From Nitrospiraceae bacterium (lineage in GTDB: Bacteria > Nitrospirota > Nitrospiria > Nitrospirales > UBA2166), in the NCBI GenBank assembly GCA_002726235.1, contig PBSN01000012.1:1-64000 (forward strand): a DNA stretch of 64,000 nt, given 5' to 3'. Made by a program: the position numbers and the translations under genes. Within the stretch, counting starts at the first letter, position 1. The number at the start of each line of letters is the position of its first letter. The notes under the pieces are model-generated. The model did no database searches. It saw only the letters and a list, made by a program, of their open reading frames with translations, and was not told the DNA's origin. This document shows positions 29,603-38,031 of the stretch, piece by piece.

Positions 29603-30679
29603 GTGTCTAAACTAATGTGGCCAGTGGCGATTGGGGGTGTTTGTGCGGTTGTGACGTGGATTGTCTCTGGGATGCTCCACTTTCCTCTGATCTTTCAATG
29701 GATGTTCATGTTCTATATCGCGCTTGGGACAGGGGTGTTTCTCTTGCTCGCGGCGCCGGAGCTTCCCCTATTGCGTACTGGGAAAGCGATCGTAGGGCTT
29801 GTCGCATTTTATCTCTTCACTTCGGGGGTTTTTTTAGCGGGTGGTGCAATTCTTCCTCAATTCGATCCGACGGTTGAACAGGAGAAGATCAATAAAATTC
29901 TGAAACATCGGCGCGCGCAATTTGAGGCGCCGGATAACACTGAACAACTTCTTAAGAAAGCTCAAGTTTTGTCAGTGCAAGCCAACGACTTGATGGGACG
30001 TGTTGCAAAATTGCAAGGTACGGCTGCCCCCATTCTTGTTGCTTCGGCGGGGGCAACGCTTTCTCCTGTTGAACGAGGCAAGGAAGTCTACAACCTCTAT
30101 GAGTGTTACAATTGCCATAAAATTGGAGGTGAAGGGGGAACCAAGAAACGCGGGCCTGAAATGGGCAATCTTGGCAATCTTCTCACTCCAAAGCAAATCA
30201 TTAAGAAGATCCTGAGTACGAAGGCCGATCCGTACTTCTACGCGGAGGGGTTTGAAAAAGAACACAAGAAGGGGTTGATGCCGGAAAAATACCGCGAGCT
30301 GATGACCGAGGAGGAATTGAGTACTCTCGCGGCGTACTTAATGACACTTAAGAACCCGGCCCATAAAACACCTAAGCCTATCTTCCTGAAGGACGAAGTG
30401 GAACATGGATTCACGGTGTACGGTTATGTTCGAGACGTGAATGGTCAGCCGGTGCCGAATATGAAGGTTGCGGCTCGGCCTTCCACAGCCGGCAGCCACG
30501 CTGCCTCAGCCACCACGAATAAGGATGGGTATTATGAGGCCTTCATCCATCTCCACAATACGGATGCAGGTGCGCTCATTCGCTTGTCGGTTCGCAACCA
30601 GAAGAAAGAACTTCGTGCTGACTTTGACCCATTGGATAAAACAACCAAACGTCAGGCGACCGTGGATTTCACACTATAA
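29603..30679 (+). CDS. Membrane-anchored c-type cytochrome with C-terminal beta-sandwich domain
   Basis: Three N-terminal TM helices, CYNCH heme motif, GLMP candidate axial Met, C-terminal VYGYVRD.NGQPV...TNKDGYY carboxypeptidase-regulatory-like domain. Confidence 0.85.
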   Translation: MSKLMWPVAIGGVCAVVTWIVSGMLHFPLIFQWMFMFYIALGTGVFLLLAAPELPLLRTGKAIVGLVAFYLFTSGVFLAGGAILPQFDPTVEQEKINKILKHRRAQFEAPDNTEQLLKKAQVLSVQANDLMGRVAKLQGTAAPILVASAGATLSPVERGKEVYNLYECYNCHKIGGEGGTKKRGPEMGNLGNLLTPKQIIKKILSTKADPYFYAEGFEKEHKKGLMPEKYRELMTEEELSTLAAYLMTLKNPAHKTPKPIFLKDEVEHGFTVYGYVRDVNGQPVPNMKVAARPSTAGSHAASATTNKDGYYEAFIHLHNTDAGALIRLSVRNQKKELRADFDPLDKTTKRQATVDFTL

Positions 30680-30870
30680 CCCTGCAATAGCATGGTAGAA
30701 AAGATAGTAAAAATCTCACTGCAATTGGAAGCAAAAAATGGTATGTACAGAACTCTTGCCACGTCACCGGTTTGAATACTTGCGGAACGGATGATTCGTC
30801 GAAGGAGTGAAGGAGCGTGGATGGGCAGTGTGTTACCTGCCTCAAATAATTATGCGAAGGAGGCTCTGAA

Positions 30871-31437
30871 ATGAGAATAGGGACTGTGATCGCAGGATTG
30901 GCGGTGCTGGTTATCTTGGCACCAATTTCGTTTGCCGACGAGGGGCACAACGGCCATGGGAAAATGGGTGCTGCTGGGCCTGTGTCGTCTGAAGCTCTTC
31001 GAGATGTCGGAATAGCCATTGCAAATATGGCCATGGGATGTGCGGTGGAGTGTGGGCTTGAAACCTTCGAACCTTTCAGCCCAGCTCAGCCTAACCACTT
31101 GTGGATTAAGGCAAGCGATAACTACGTATGGTTCCTTCATTTCAACAAGCCTCGGAACCATAAGGCGGCAAAGGTGGTATTCGTTGGAGACGGCGTGAAG
31201 GGGCGTTTTTGTTCCGAGGATCAGCCAGATGGTGGAAAGACGGGTTTTGTTCATTTCCACAGAGCGGAGACATCGGCGGGTGCCATGGGTCATGGTGGCA
31301 AGCCTGGGACTGATGGCTGGTGGCTTCGCCATGTTGCGGTCGGAAAGTCTGAGATGAAAATGAAAGGGATGTCGATGCAGTTTGTGCCTGGGCTTGCGAT
31401 GAAATTTCCGCCGACTCCAGCACCGTCATGCTCATAA
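30871..31437 (+). CDS. Secreted His/Met-rich protein, paralog 1
   Basis: GGAGG RBS, signal peptide ending SFA-DEGH, motifs NHLW, LHFN, GRFC, VHFHR, MGHGG, LRHVA, terminal APSCS. Confidence 0.8.
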   Translation: MRIGTVIAGLAVLVILAPISFADEGHNGHGKMGAAGPVSSEALRDVGIAIANMAMGCAVECGLETFEPFSPAQPNHLWIKASDNYVWFLHFNKPRNHKAAKVVFVGDGVKGRFCSEDQPDGGKTGFVHFHRAETSAGAMGHGGKPGTDGWWLRHVAVGKSEMKMKGMSMQFVPGLAMKFPPTPAPSCS

Positions 31438-31504
31438 AGTATGGCTTGAGTACCCCTCAGAGATTCTCACTGAAGATTCTATTCGCAGAAGAAGGAGAAA
31501 CGTC

Positions 31505-32098
31505 ATGAATTCAGGAATTCGTCGCAGTGGCATTGTCTTCGTCATTCTGGTTGCAGCCTGTGGCCTCTTCGCATCAGGGAGTGTTGCCGATGAAGGGCAT
31601 GGTGGGCATTCCAGCATGAGTGGTCCCGTTCCCTCGTGGACGGCGATGCAGGCTGTTGGTGAAACGCTGGCCAAAGTCTATGACTTCAAACCCTTCAGCC
31701 CAGCTCAGCCCAACCACTTGTGGATGAAGGCGTCAGACAACTATGCAACTTTCCTGCACTTTAATAAGCCTTTTTCTAAGAAAGGCGCAAAGCTCGTTTT
31801 TGTCGGTGATGCTGTGAAGGGGCGGTTTTGTTCCGAGGATCAGCCGGATGGCGGAAAGACGGGCTTTGTTCATTTCCACAGAGCAGTGACGTCGGCAGGT
31901 GTCATGGGTCATGGTGGCAAGCCTGGAACTGATGGCTGGTGGCTTCGCCATGTTGCGGTTCGTCATGCTCCAATGAAAAATCCGAAGACAATGAAGAAAA
32001 TGATAGTCAAGCCTGGCTTGGCCATGATGTTCATGCCGACAAAGGCGCCAGCTTGCTCTTCTTCGGGGAAAGGACCTCTGCTTCCATTACCGGAATGA
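31505..32098 (+). CDS. Secreted His/Met-rich protein, paralog 2
   Basis: AGGAG RBS, signal peptide ending SVA-DEGH, same motifs as 30871..31437; TGA stop overlaps the next ATG (ATGA). Confidence 0.8.
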   Translation: MNSGIRRSGIVFVILVAACGLFASGSVADEGHGGHSSMSGPVPSWTAMQAVGETLAKVYDFKPFSPAQPNHLWMKASDNYATFLHFNKPFSKKGAKLVFVGDAVKGRFCSEDQPDGGKTGFVHFHRAVTSAGVMGHGGKPGTDGWWLRHVAVRHAPMKNPKTMKKMIVKPGLAMMFMPTKAPACSSSGKGPLLPLPE

Positions 32099-34608
32099 CG
32101 CTTTTGCAAGGGGCTACGGTACTGTACCAGCCCGAGTGTACTGAGTTCGAACGCAACGGCCTGTGTTTTTTTGTTGATGGGGGCCGTCCCAATTGGGTAT
32201 CGACCGATTGGCGCGGCGCGGCGGTGCTTCGTCTGATCGATGGGCGCCGAACGTTGAAGGATCTCGTTTGTGATTATGGCGAGCAGGTTCGGATTGATCC
32301 TCTACGGGCGTGGGTTCATGTTCGTAGGTATGTGCAGGCGGCGCTACGCAGCGAGATTGTCTCCCTTGCTCCCATAATTCCAGAGAGGTATTCCGGACGG
32401 GCGTCGTACCTTCGCCCGTCCGCTCTCAATGAGTTTTGGGTGCATACGAACAATTCATGCAATCTTACCTGTTCCCATTGCCTTGTCTCTTCTCATCCTG
32501 GTGCTGATCCGGGACCATCGACCGCGCATCTACTTCGCGTGATGACAGAAGCAAAAGAACTTGGAGCTTCGCGATTTTACTTTACCGGGGGTGAGCCTTT
32601 TCTTCGCAAGGACATCTTTCAACTTGTTGAGCATGTCACCAAAACACTTGATTCCGAGCTCATTGTGCTCACGAATGCGACCTTGTTTCGTGGCACAGTT
32701 TTAAAGCAGCTTGCTGCGCTTGATCGAACACGATTGAAGCTTCAGATTAGTCTCGATGGCGCGACATCTGAGGTGAATGATCCGATTCGTGGAGAAAAGA
32801 CGTTCGAGAATATCACGCGAGGCATTCAAGCCGCTGTTGGAATGGATATTGAGATCTCACTGACTGCCGTATTGACTGGAACAAACCTGACAGATATTCC
32901 CAAGCTTCCGGCCTTGGCAAAGTCTCTTGGTGTCCAATCGATTCACGTGATGTGGATGCATCGTCGCGGAAGAATTTTAGACCATGCCAATCTGCAGTTT
33001 CCCAGTAATGCGCAAATGCTGGCGTCGATGCGCTTGGTCAAACAGTATGCCGATGAATATGGTGTGACATTAGATAATTTTGAGTCCCTTCATGGGAGGG
33101 TGAATGGACGTCCTGGCGTCAAGGTCGATCTCAGCAATGCCTGCTGGGATAGTCTCTGTCTGAGCTATGATGGGCATGTCTACCCTTCGGCGTCATTTGC
33201 GGGGCATCCTGAGCTTGATCTTGGCGATACCAGAACGGCCTCTTTGCGTTCGTTGTGGTTGGAAAGCGCCGTCGCGAAAGACATTCGAACCGCAACGGTG
33301 GCGAATAAGGCTGGAGTATCGAACGATCCGTTTCGGTTTATTTTGGGTGGAGGAGATATTGAACATAGCTACTTCTTCTCAGACCAGCGGCTTGGTAGGA
33401 GTCATGTGTTGGATGAGGACCCGTACTACGGGCTCTATGTTGAACTGTCCAAGGACATTATGGTCCACCTCGCGGAATCGAAACGGTCTGCTTTCAATGC
33501 AACCTCTGGGTTTGATGGGCCAATCCTGCTTCATGTGATGGGGGAGGGAATGGCCACTTGTGGCAGTCATTTCTGGGATACGCCGGTCACCACGCTGCAT
33601 TCCAATTGTGTGCTGGCGTTTAACGTAGAGACGCCTCATGACATTATTCAGGATTATTACGGGAAGGCAGCAGAGGTTCCTCAACCGGAATTGTGCTGTA
33701 CCATCGATGGCTATTCCGAAGAGGAACTCTCGCATATCCCGCAGGAAGTCCGCGAACGTTCGTATGGGTGCGGGTCGCCCATGAGAAGCGCAGGGATTGA
33801 AGAGAGTGAAACCATCGTGGATTTTGGCTCCGGTGCTGGCATTGATTGTTTTGTTGCCGCACGAAAAACGAGCTGTTCGGGACGTGTAATTGGCGTCGAT
33901 ATGACCGACAATATGCTACAGGTCGCTGAGCGCAATCGATGTCAGGTTTCTAAATTGCTTGGCTATGACAATGTTGAATTTCGCAAAGGATATTTGGAAG
34001 AGATTCCAGTTCAGGATAAAACGGCAGATCTTGTCACCTCCAATTGCGTCATCAACCTCTCTCCTGACAAAAAAGCCGTGTTTTCGGAAATTTGGAGAAT
34101 TCTCAAGAATGGTGGTCGGACGGTGATTTCTGATATCGTCTCCGAGTGCTTGGTGCCTCCCACCATCAAAGTGAACAATCAACTGTGGGGAGAATGTATT
34201 GCGGGTGCGTTGACCGAAGAAGAATTTATCGCCTCACTCGAAGAGGCAGGTTTTTATGGAATAGAGCTACTTCAGAAGGTGGTATATCGTGACGTCGAAG
34301 GACACCGGTTCAATGCTGTAACCGTACGGGGTTATAAATACGAAATGTCCGTTGGGCCTTCCGAGAATGGATTTGTAGCGATTTATCGTGGTCCAATGAA
34401 AATGGTCGTGGATGAGGCCGGGAAGGCCTATCACAGAGGTGAGTCTGTTCCCGTCTCAGCACACACCGCGGCACGGCTTCAAACTTATCCATACACTTCT
34501 CTTTTCACAGTGATTCCCCCCGAACATCAATCGATGGATATTTTGCCGTCGACACAATCCTCAGGAGACTCGCCTTTTATCTCCGGGGAAGTCTCCTGTT
34601 GCTCCTAA
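32095..34608 (+). CDS. Fusion: PqqD/RRE-like domain + radical SAM + degenerate SPASM + ArsM-like SAM methyltransferase
   Basis: Start reassigned to ATG 32095 (ATGA overlap); LRLIDGRRTLKDL RRE-like helix; CNLTCSHC, FTGGEP, ISLDG; SYGCGSP, VDFGSGAG, SNCVINL, WGECIAGA; terminal CC. Confidence 0.85.
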   Translation: MTLLQGATVLYQPECTEFERNGLCFFVDGGRPNWVSTDWRGAAVLRLIDGRRTLKDLVCDYGEQVRIDPLRAWVHVRRYVQAALRSEIVSLAPIIPERYSGRASYLRPSALNEFWVHTNNSCNLTCSHCLVSSHPGADPGPSTAHLLRVMTEAKELGASRFYFTGGEPFLRKDIFQLVEHVTKTLDSELIVLTNATLFRGTVLKQLAALDRTRLKLQISLDGATSEVNDPIRGEKTFENITRGIQAAVGMDIEISLTAVLTGTNLTDIPKLPALAKSLGVQSIHVMWMHRRGRILDHANLQFPSNAQMLASMRLVKQYADEYGVTLDNFESLHGRVNGRPGVKVDLSNACWDSLCLSYDGHVYPSASFAGHPELDLGDTRTASLRSLWLESAVAKDIRTATVANKAGVSNDPFRFILGGGDIEHSYFFSDQRLGRSHVLDEDPYYGLYVELSKDIMVHLAESKRSAFNATSGFDGPILLHVMGEGMATCGSHFWDTPVTTLHSNCVLAFNVETPHDIIQDYYGKAAEVPQPELCCTIDGYSEEELSHIPQEVRERSYGCGSPMRSAGIEESETIVDFGSGAGIDCFVAARKTSCSGRVIGVDMTDNMLQVAERNRCQVSKLLGYDNVEFRKGYLEEIPVQDKTADLVTSNCVINLSPDKKAVFSEIWRILKNGGRTVISDIVSECLVPPTIKVNNQLWGECIAGALTEEEFIASLEEAGFYGIELLQKVVYRDVEGHRFNAVTVRGYKYEMSVGPSENGFVAIYRGPMKMVVDEAGKAYHRGESVPVSAHTAARLQTYPYTSLFTVIPPEHQSMDILPSTQSSGDSPFISGEVSCCS

Positions 34609-34630
34609 ACGTCGAACGGCTCTCTATTCC

Positions 34631-35332
34631 ATGTTGACTGTTAATCGCCAGACGATTGCCATTGGACTGGTTATTCTTGTGCTTGGCCTTGGGATCGCTG
34701 CGTTTGTGGTCATGGAGTTTTCCGACACGTTTCATATTCCAACACCCGACGAGATCTCAGTATGGGTCGAGGGATATGGAGGAGCCGGTCCGGTGGCGTA
34801 TCTTCTACTTTACACGTTTGCCCCAATGTTGTTTGTCCCCAGCTTTCCGATTAGCATGGCGGCGGGACTTCTATTTGGACCGTTATGGGGCACGGTGTTC
34901 GCCTCGTTAGGATCAACCCTTGGCGCACTTCTCCCCTTCATCATTGCGCGACACTTTGCCCGGCCGTATGTTGCGCGACATCTTCGTGGTCGGCTGAAAG
35001 ACTTAGATCAGAAAATAGAGGCCCATGGCTGGATATATTTGGCCGTTACACGATTGATTCCACTATTTCCATTCGAACTTCTCAATTATGGTTTTGGCTT
35101 GACCAAGGTCAGGTTTGTGACATACATTGTCGTGTCGTGGCTCGGAATGCTGCCAGCAACGATTGCGTACGTGTTTTTCGGGGCATCAATGTTGGATATC
35201 GTTGAGGGTACATTCCGCATCGAGCTTGTTATTGGAGTGGTTCTCTTCGCTGTCCTAGGTCTTTTGCCAGTCATTTATCGGCGATCTCGTTATTTCAAAC
35301 CCAAGCAGAAACCTGAGAAAACGATTGGCTAA
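34631..35332 (+). CDS. TVP38/TMEM64 (DedA superfamily) membrane protein
   Basis: AAGLLFGPLWG, RLIPLFPFELLNYGFG, GMLPAT motifs. Confidence 0.92.
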   Translation: MLTVNRQTIAIGLVILVLGLGIAAFVVMEFSDTFHIPTPDEISVWVEGYGGAGPVAYLLLYTFAPMLFVPSFPISMAAGLLFGPLWGTVFASLGSTLGALLPFIIARHFARPYVARHLRGRLKDLDQKIEAHGWIYLAVTRLIPLFPFELLNYGFGLTKVRFVTYIVVSWLGMLPATIAYVFFGASMLDIVEGTFRIELVIGVVLFAVLGLLPVIYRRSRYFKPKQKPEKTIG

Positions 35333-35383
35333 GGTAAGGTGCGTGTTCGGTGGGTGTGGCACGTTAGCTATGGGTAACTGATC

Positions 35384-36991
35384 ATGGCGAAGTCGACGAC
35401 TCTGCAACAAAAACTTGCCAAGGTGTTGGATGCCGCGCCGATGGGTATTGGGCTCATCGCCTTATCCGGACACGAGACCGAGCCTCTAGTGGCTCAGGCC
35501 ACTCAAGGTCTTATGCCGCGAGAGATTCAAGCGTTACTCCGGTCCATTCCGTTTCACACTGAGAGCGTATCTGCAAATTCAAACACGGATGTCGTGGAGA
35601 ACGATAGTTCATTTCGACTTCGCATTGCAGCACCCAATCATAAATGGATGGTCGGCACGCTGTTCCGGAGTGTGCCTCAAATATCTGTTGCGCTTTTGGT
35701 TGGACGTAAGACGGGAGCTGATATTGCCAAGAAAGAAAAGACGCTCCTCAAAGAATTAGCGAAGCAGGTTCTCACGCTTCTCGATGATGCAGCTGTCCAT
35801 ACAGGCGTGGAAAGCTCTCGTGTGCACGCGGATGTGCCGACGGCCCCTGCGGTAGACGGCGTGGGAGAGGCACTGCAAGAATTTCTGCAGTTCGACCAGG
35901 TCTGGTTGTCGGAATATATGCCCGAAACAAATAGTGTGACGGTGACGCACACCTTTGTCCCAGGGCAGTCAGATCTGAAGATCGGACAGCAGTTTCCCAT
36001 CGACGCTTCTGCATCTGGGTGGGTTATTCGGCATAAGAAGCCACGTGTTGATTTGAAACTCGCATCGACACAGGGACGGTTTATGGATCAGTGTGTGCTG
36101 TACAAGCAGAAATACAAGTCGATGATGGTGCTTCCGCTGCGGGTTGATCGTCGAGTGGTTGGGACGTTGAGTGTGGCGTCAAAGCTTCCCGATCAGTATT
36201 CACGAGAGCAGATTCCAGCACTGGACTCTGTTGTGCGGAAGTTTGCAGAGTATCTGACTCAGGCGGGCAACATTGCTGTCGTGTCCGGTTCTCCTCAGCC
36301 TAGTGTTCCCACCTCTGCGCTCGGACATGCGCAGAGCGTGGAAGACCTTCGTCGTATTCTCGCGAGTGATGTGCGTCCTCCCCTTGTGGTGGTGCATGGG
36401 GCGCTAATGGATATGACGCGTATGCAGGGCATTCCGTCGGGCTTGCGCGCCACGGTTGAACGCGTCGCACATAAAGTGGGACGGATCGGAGACGTTTTGT
36501 TTCAGCTTTTGGAGTATGGGAAGCCTCTCAAACTTAGCCGCATGCCTTCCCAGATTATTCCGTTGCTTGAGGAAGCGGTGGCGTTCGTGCATGAGGATTT
36601 CACAGCAAAAAATATTCAAATTATCCCTGAATATCACGCTCCTCTTCCGTTGTTCCGATGTGATAAGGCCAAGATGAAAAGTGCGTTAATAAGTTTGTTT
36701 CGATGTGCAGAAGAAGTCATTCAAACGGGTGGGACCATTCATCTTGCCGCAACTGCCCATCGTACGGGTCTTCTCATCACCCTAGAGTGTCAGCGAGAGG
36801 AGACGAGGTTGCAGAATGGATCCCTTCGGCCCCAGAATGTGTCGTGGGCGGGTTTTCCTATTGCCAGTCAGATTGTGGAGGATCATGGGGGCAAGGTTTC
36901 TGTCGCAAGCAGTCCCACTCAAGCCATGACGATCGTAATTCACCTTCCCATCAAGGCGAAGCCTCCGTCTCGACGACGTTGGCGGAACTGA
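35384..36991 (+). CDS. GAF-domain protein with degenerate histidine-kinase-like C-terminus
   Basis: GAF domain (SASGWVIRHKKP, SMMVLPLRV..RVVGTL); HisKA/HATPase-like fold with SDVRPPL replacing HExxNPL and eroded N and G boxes. Confidence 0.75.
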   Translation: MAKSTTLQQKLAKVLDAAPMGIGLIALSGHETEPLVAQATQGLMPREIQALLRSIPFHTESVSANSNTDVVENDSSFRLRIAAPNHKWMVGTLFRSVPQISVALLVGRKTGADIAKKEKTLLKELAKQVLTLLDDAAVHTGVESSRVHADVPTAPAVDGVGEALQEFLQFDQVWLSEYMPETNSVTVTHTFVPGQSDLKIGQQFPIDASASGWVIRHKKPRVDLKLASTQGRFMDQCVLYKQKYKSMMVLPLRVDRRVVGTLSVASKLPDQYSREQIPALDSVVRKFAEYLTQAGNIAVVSGSPQPSVPTSALGHAQSVEDLRRILASDVRPPLVVVHGALMDMTRMQGIPSGLRATVERVAHKVGRIGDVLFQLLEYGKPLKLSRMPSQIIPLLEEAVAFVHEDFTAKNIQIIPEYHAPLPLFRCDKAKMKSALISLFRCAEEVIQTGGTIHLAATAHRTGLLITLECQREETRLQNGSLRPQNVSWAGFPIASQIVEDHGGKVSVASSPTQAMTIVIHLPIKAKPPSRRRWRN

Positions 36992-37347
36992 AGAATTCCT
37001 CGTACACCGTCTCCTTTGATCTCGTTCGTAACGGTTTTCGCTGTTCAGTTGCACGTACGCATTGACCTGTCTATCGATTCTCTCACAGATTCGGGTGTGC
37101 TTCGGTTGGCACGTTTGACATGGGGGTTATTAACGTGTTCCCTCCTAATGAGGGACGAAAACGTCTGAAACCAGAGTAATGTGTGCAACTCTCATGTGCA
37201 CATTGCTCTGCAGGTTGAGCAAGTGGTGGTTTTCGTTCTGTAAATTTCTCACAGATAGGGTTCTCCGTACTCGCTAGCCTGTGTCTTAGAAGGTGGACGT
37301 GTGGTGACTAGCCTTATTATCAGGTAGAGATTAACGAGAGGAGGCTT

Positions 37348-38031
37348 ATGATGAGTGAACAACAGGGTAAGCGGTTGGTACGTGGTTTGAGCAGGGTGTT
37401 GCTAGGAACAGTGTTGTTGGTGAGCCTGTTGCTAACAAGCAGTTATGCGCAAGCGGATGAGAATCAGGTCTTCTTCCGTGCCGGTGGCGCGTTTGCCGAG
37501 AGTGATCGTGCGGGTGAAGTATTTACGGATGTTTTTGGGGCAGCCGGAAGTCAAACTGGCAGTGATGATGGGTCGTATATTGGGGCGGGGGTTGAGCTCC
37601 TCTTGTCGAAGGATGTCTTGGGTTTCCTGCCAGGGGCTTCGCTCCTCGGTGAAATTGGCATCGAGTATAAGGATTTTGGCGCGAAAAACGTTGCACAAGC
37701 GGTTCCAACTGTCGCCACAGGTGAAGTTTTCATGAAAGATGTTCAGGTTTCTATGCTCACCGTTGATATCGCGCCTAAGATTAAATTCATGCAGGGAAGC
37801 CGGCTTCGTCCATGGGTCATCCCTATCGGGCTTGATTTTCACGTGATCAGTCCGCCGTCCAACAGTACGACCTATTTAGATGTTGGAGTCCAATTTGGGG
37901 CAGGGCTGGAATACAGGGTATGGAAGGCACTGAACATTGGTGTGGATGCACGGTATCACGCTGCTTCTGGCCAGACCAGTACCGTGAATAATTACAGCAC
38001 CATCGGAGTGTATACAGGACTCTCGTTCTAG
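37348..38031 (+). CDS. Outer-membrane beta-barrel (porin-family) protein
   Basis: Signal peptide ending AQA, amphipathic strands, GVQFGAGLEYRV, GVDARYH, C-terminal Phe; GAGGAGG RBS. Confidence 0.8.
   Translation: MMSEQQGKRLVRGLSRVLLGTVLLVSLLLTSSYAQADENQVFFRAGGAFAESDRAGEVFTDVFGAAGSQTGSDDGSYIGAGVELLLSKDVLGFLPGASLLGEIGIEYKDFGAKNVAQAVPTVATGEVFMKDVQVSMLTVDIAPKIKFMQGSRLRPWVIPIGLDFHVISPPSNSTTYLDVGVQFGAGLEYRVWKALNIGVDARYHAASGQTSTVNNYSTIGVYTGLSF

Noticed and set aside
31939..32094. N-terminal extension MASPCCGSSC... of the radical SAM fusion
   Set aside because: Lies inside the upstream gene in another frame; ATG 32095 overlapping the upstream stop is the more plausible start
37106..37122. Sigma54 promoter-like TGGCACG (a similar site occurs near 35357)
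   Set aside because: The -12 TTGC element is absent at the required spacing
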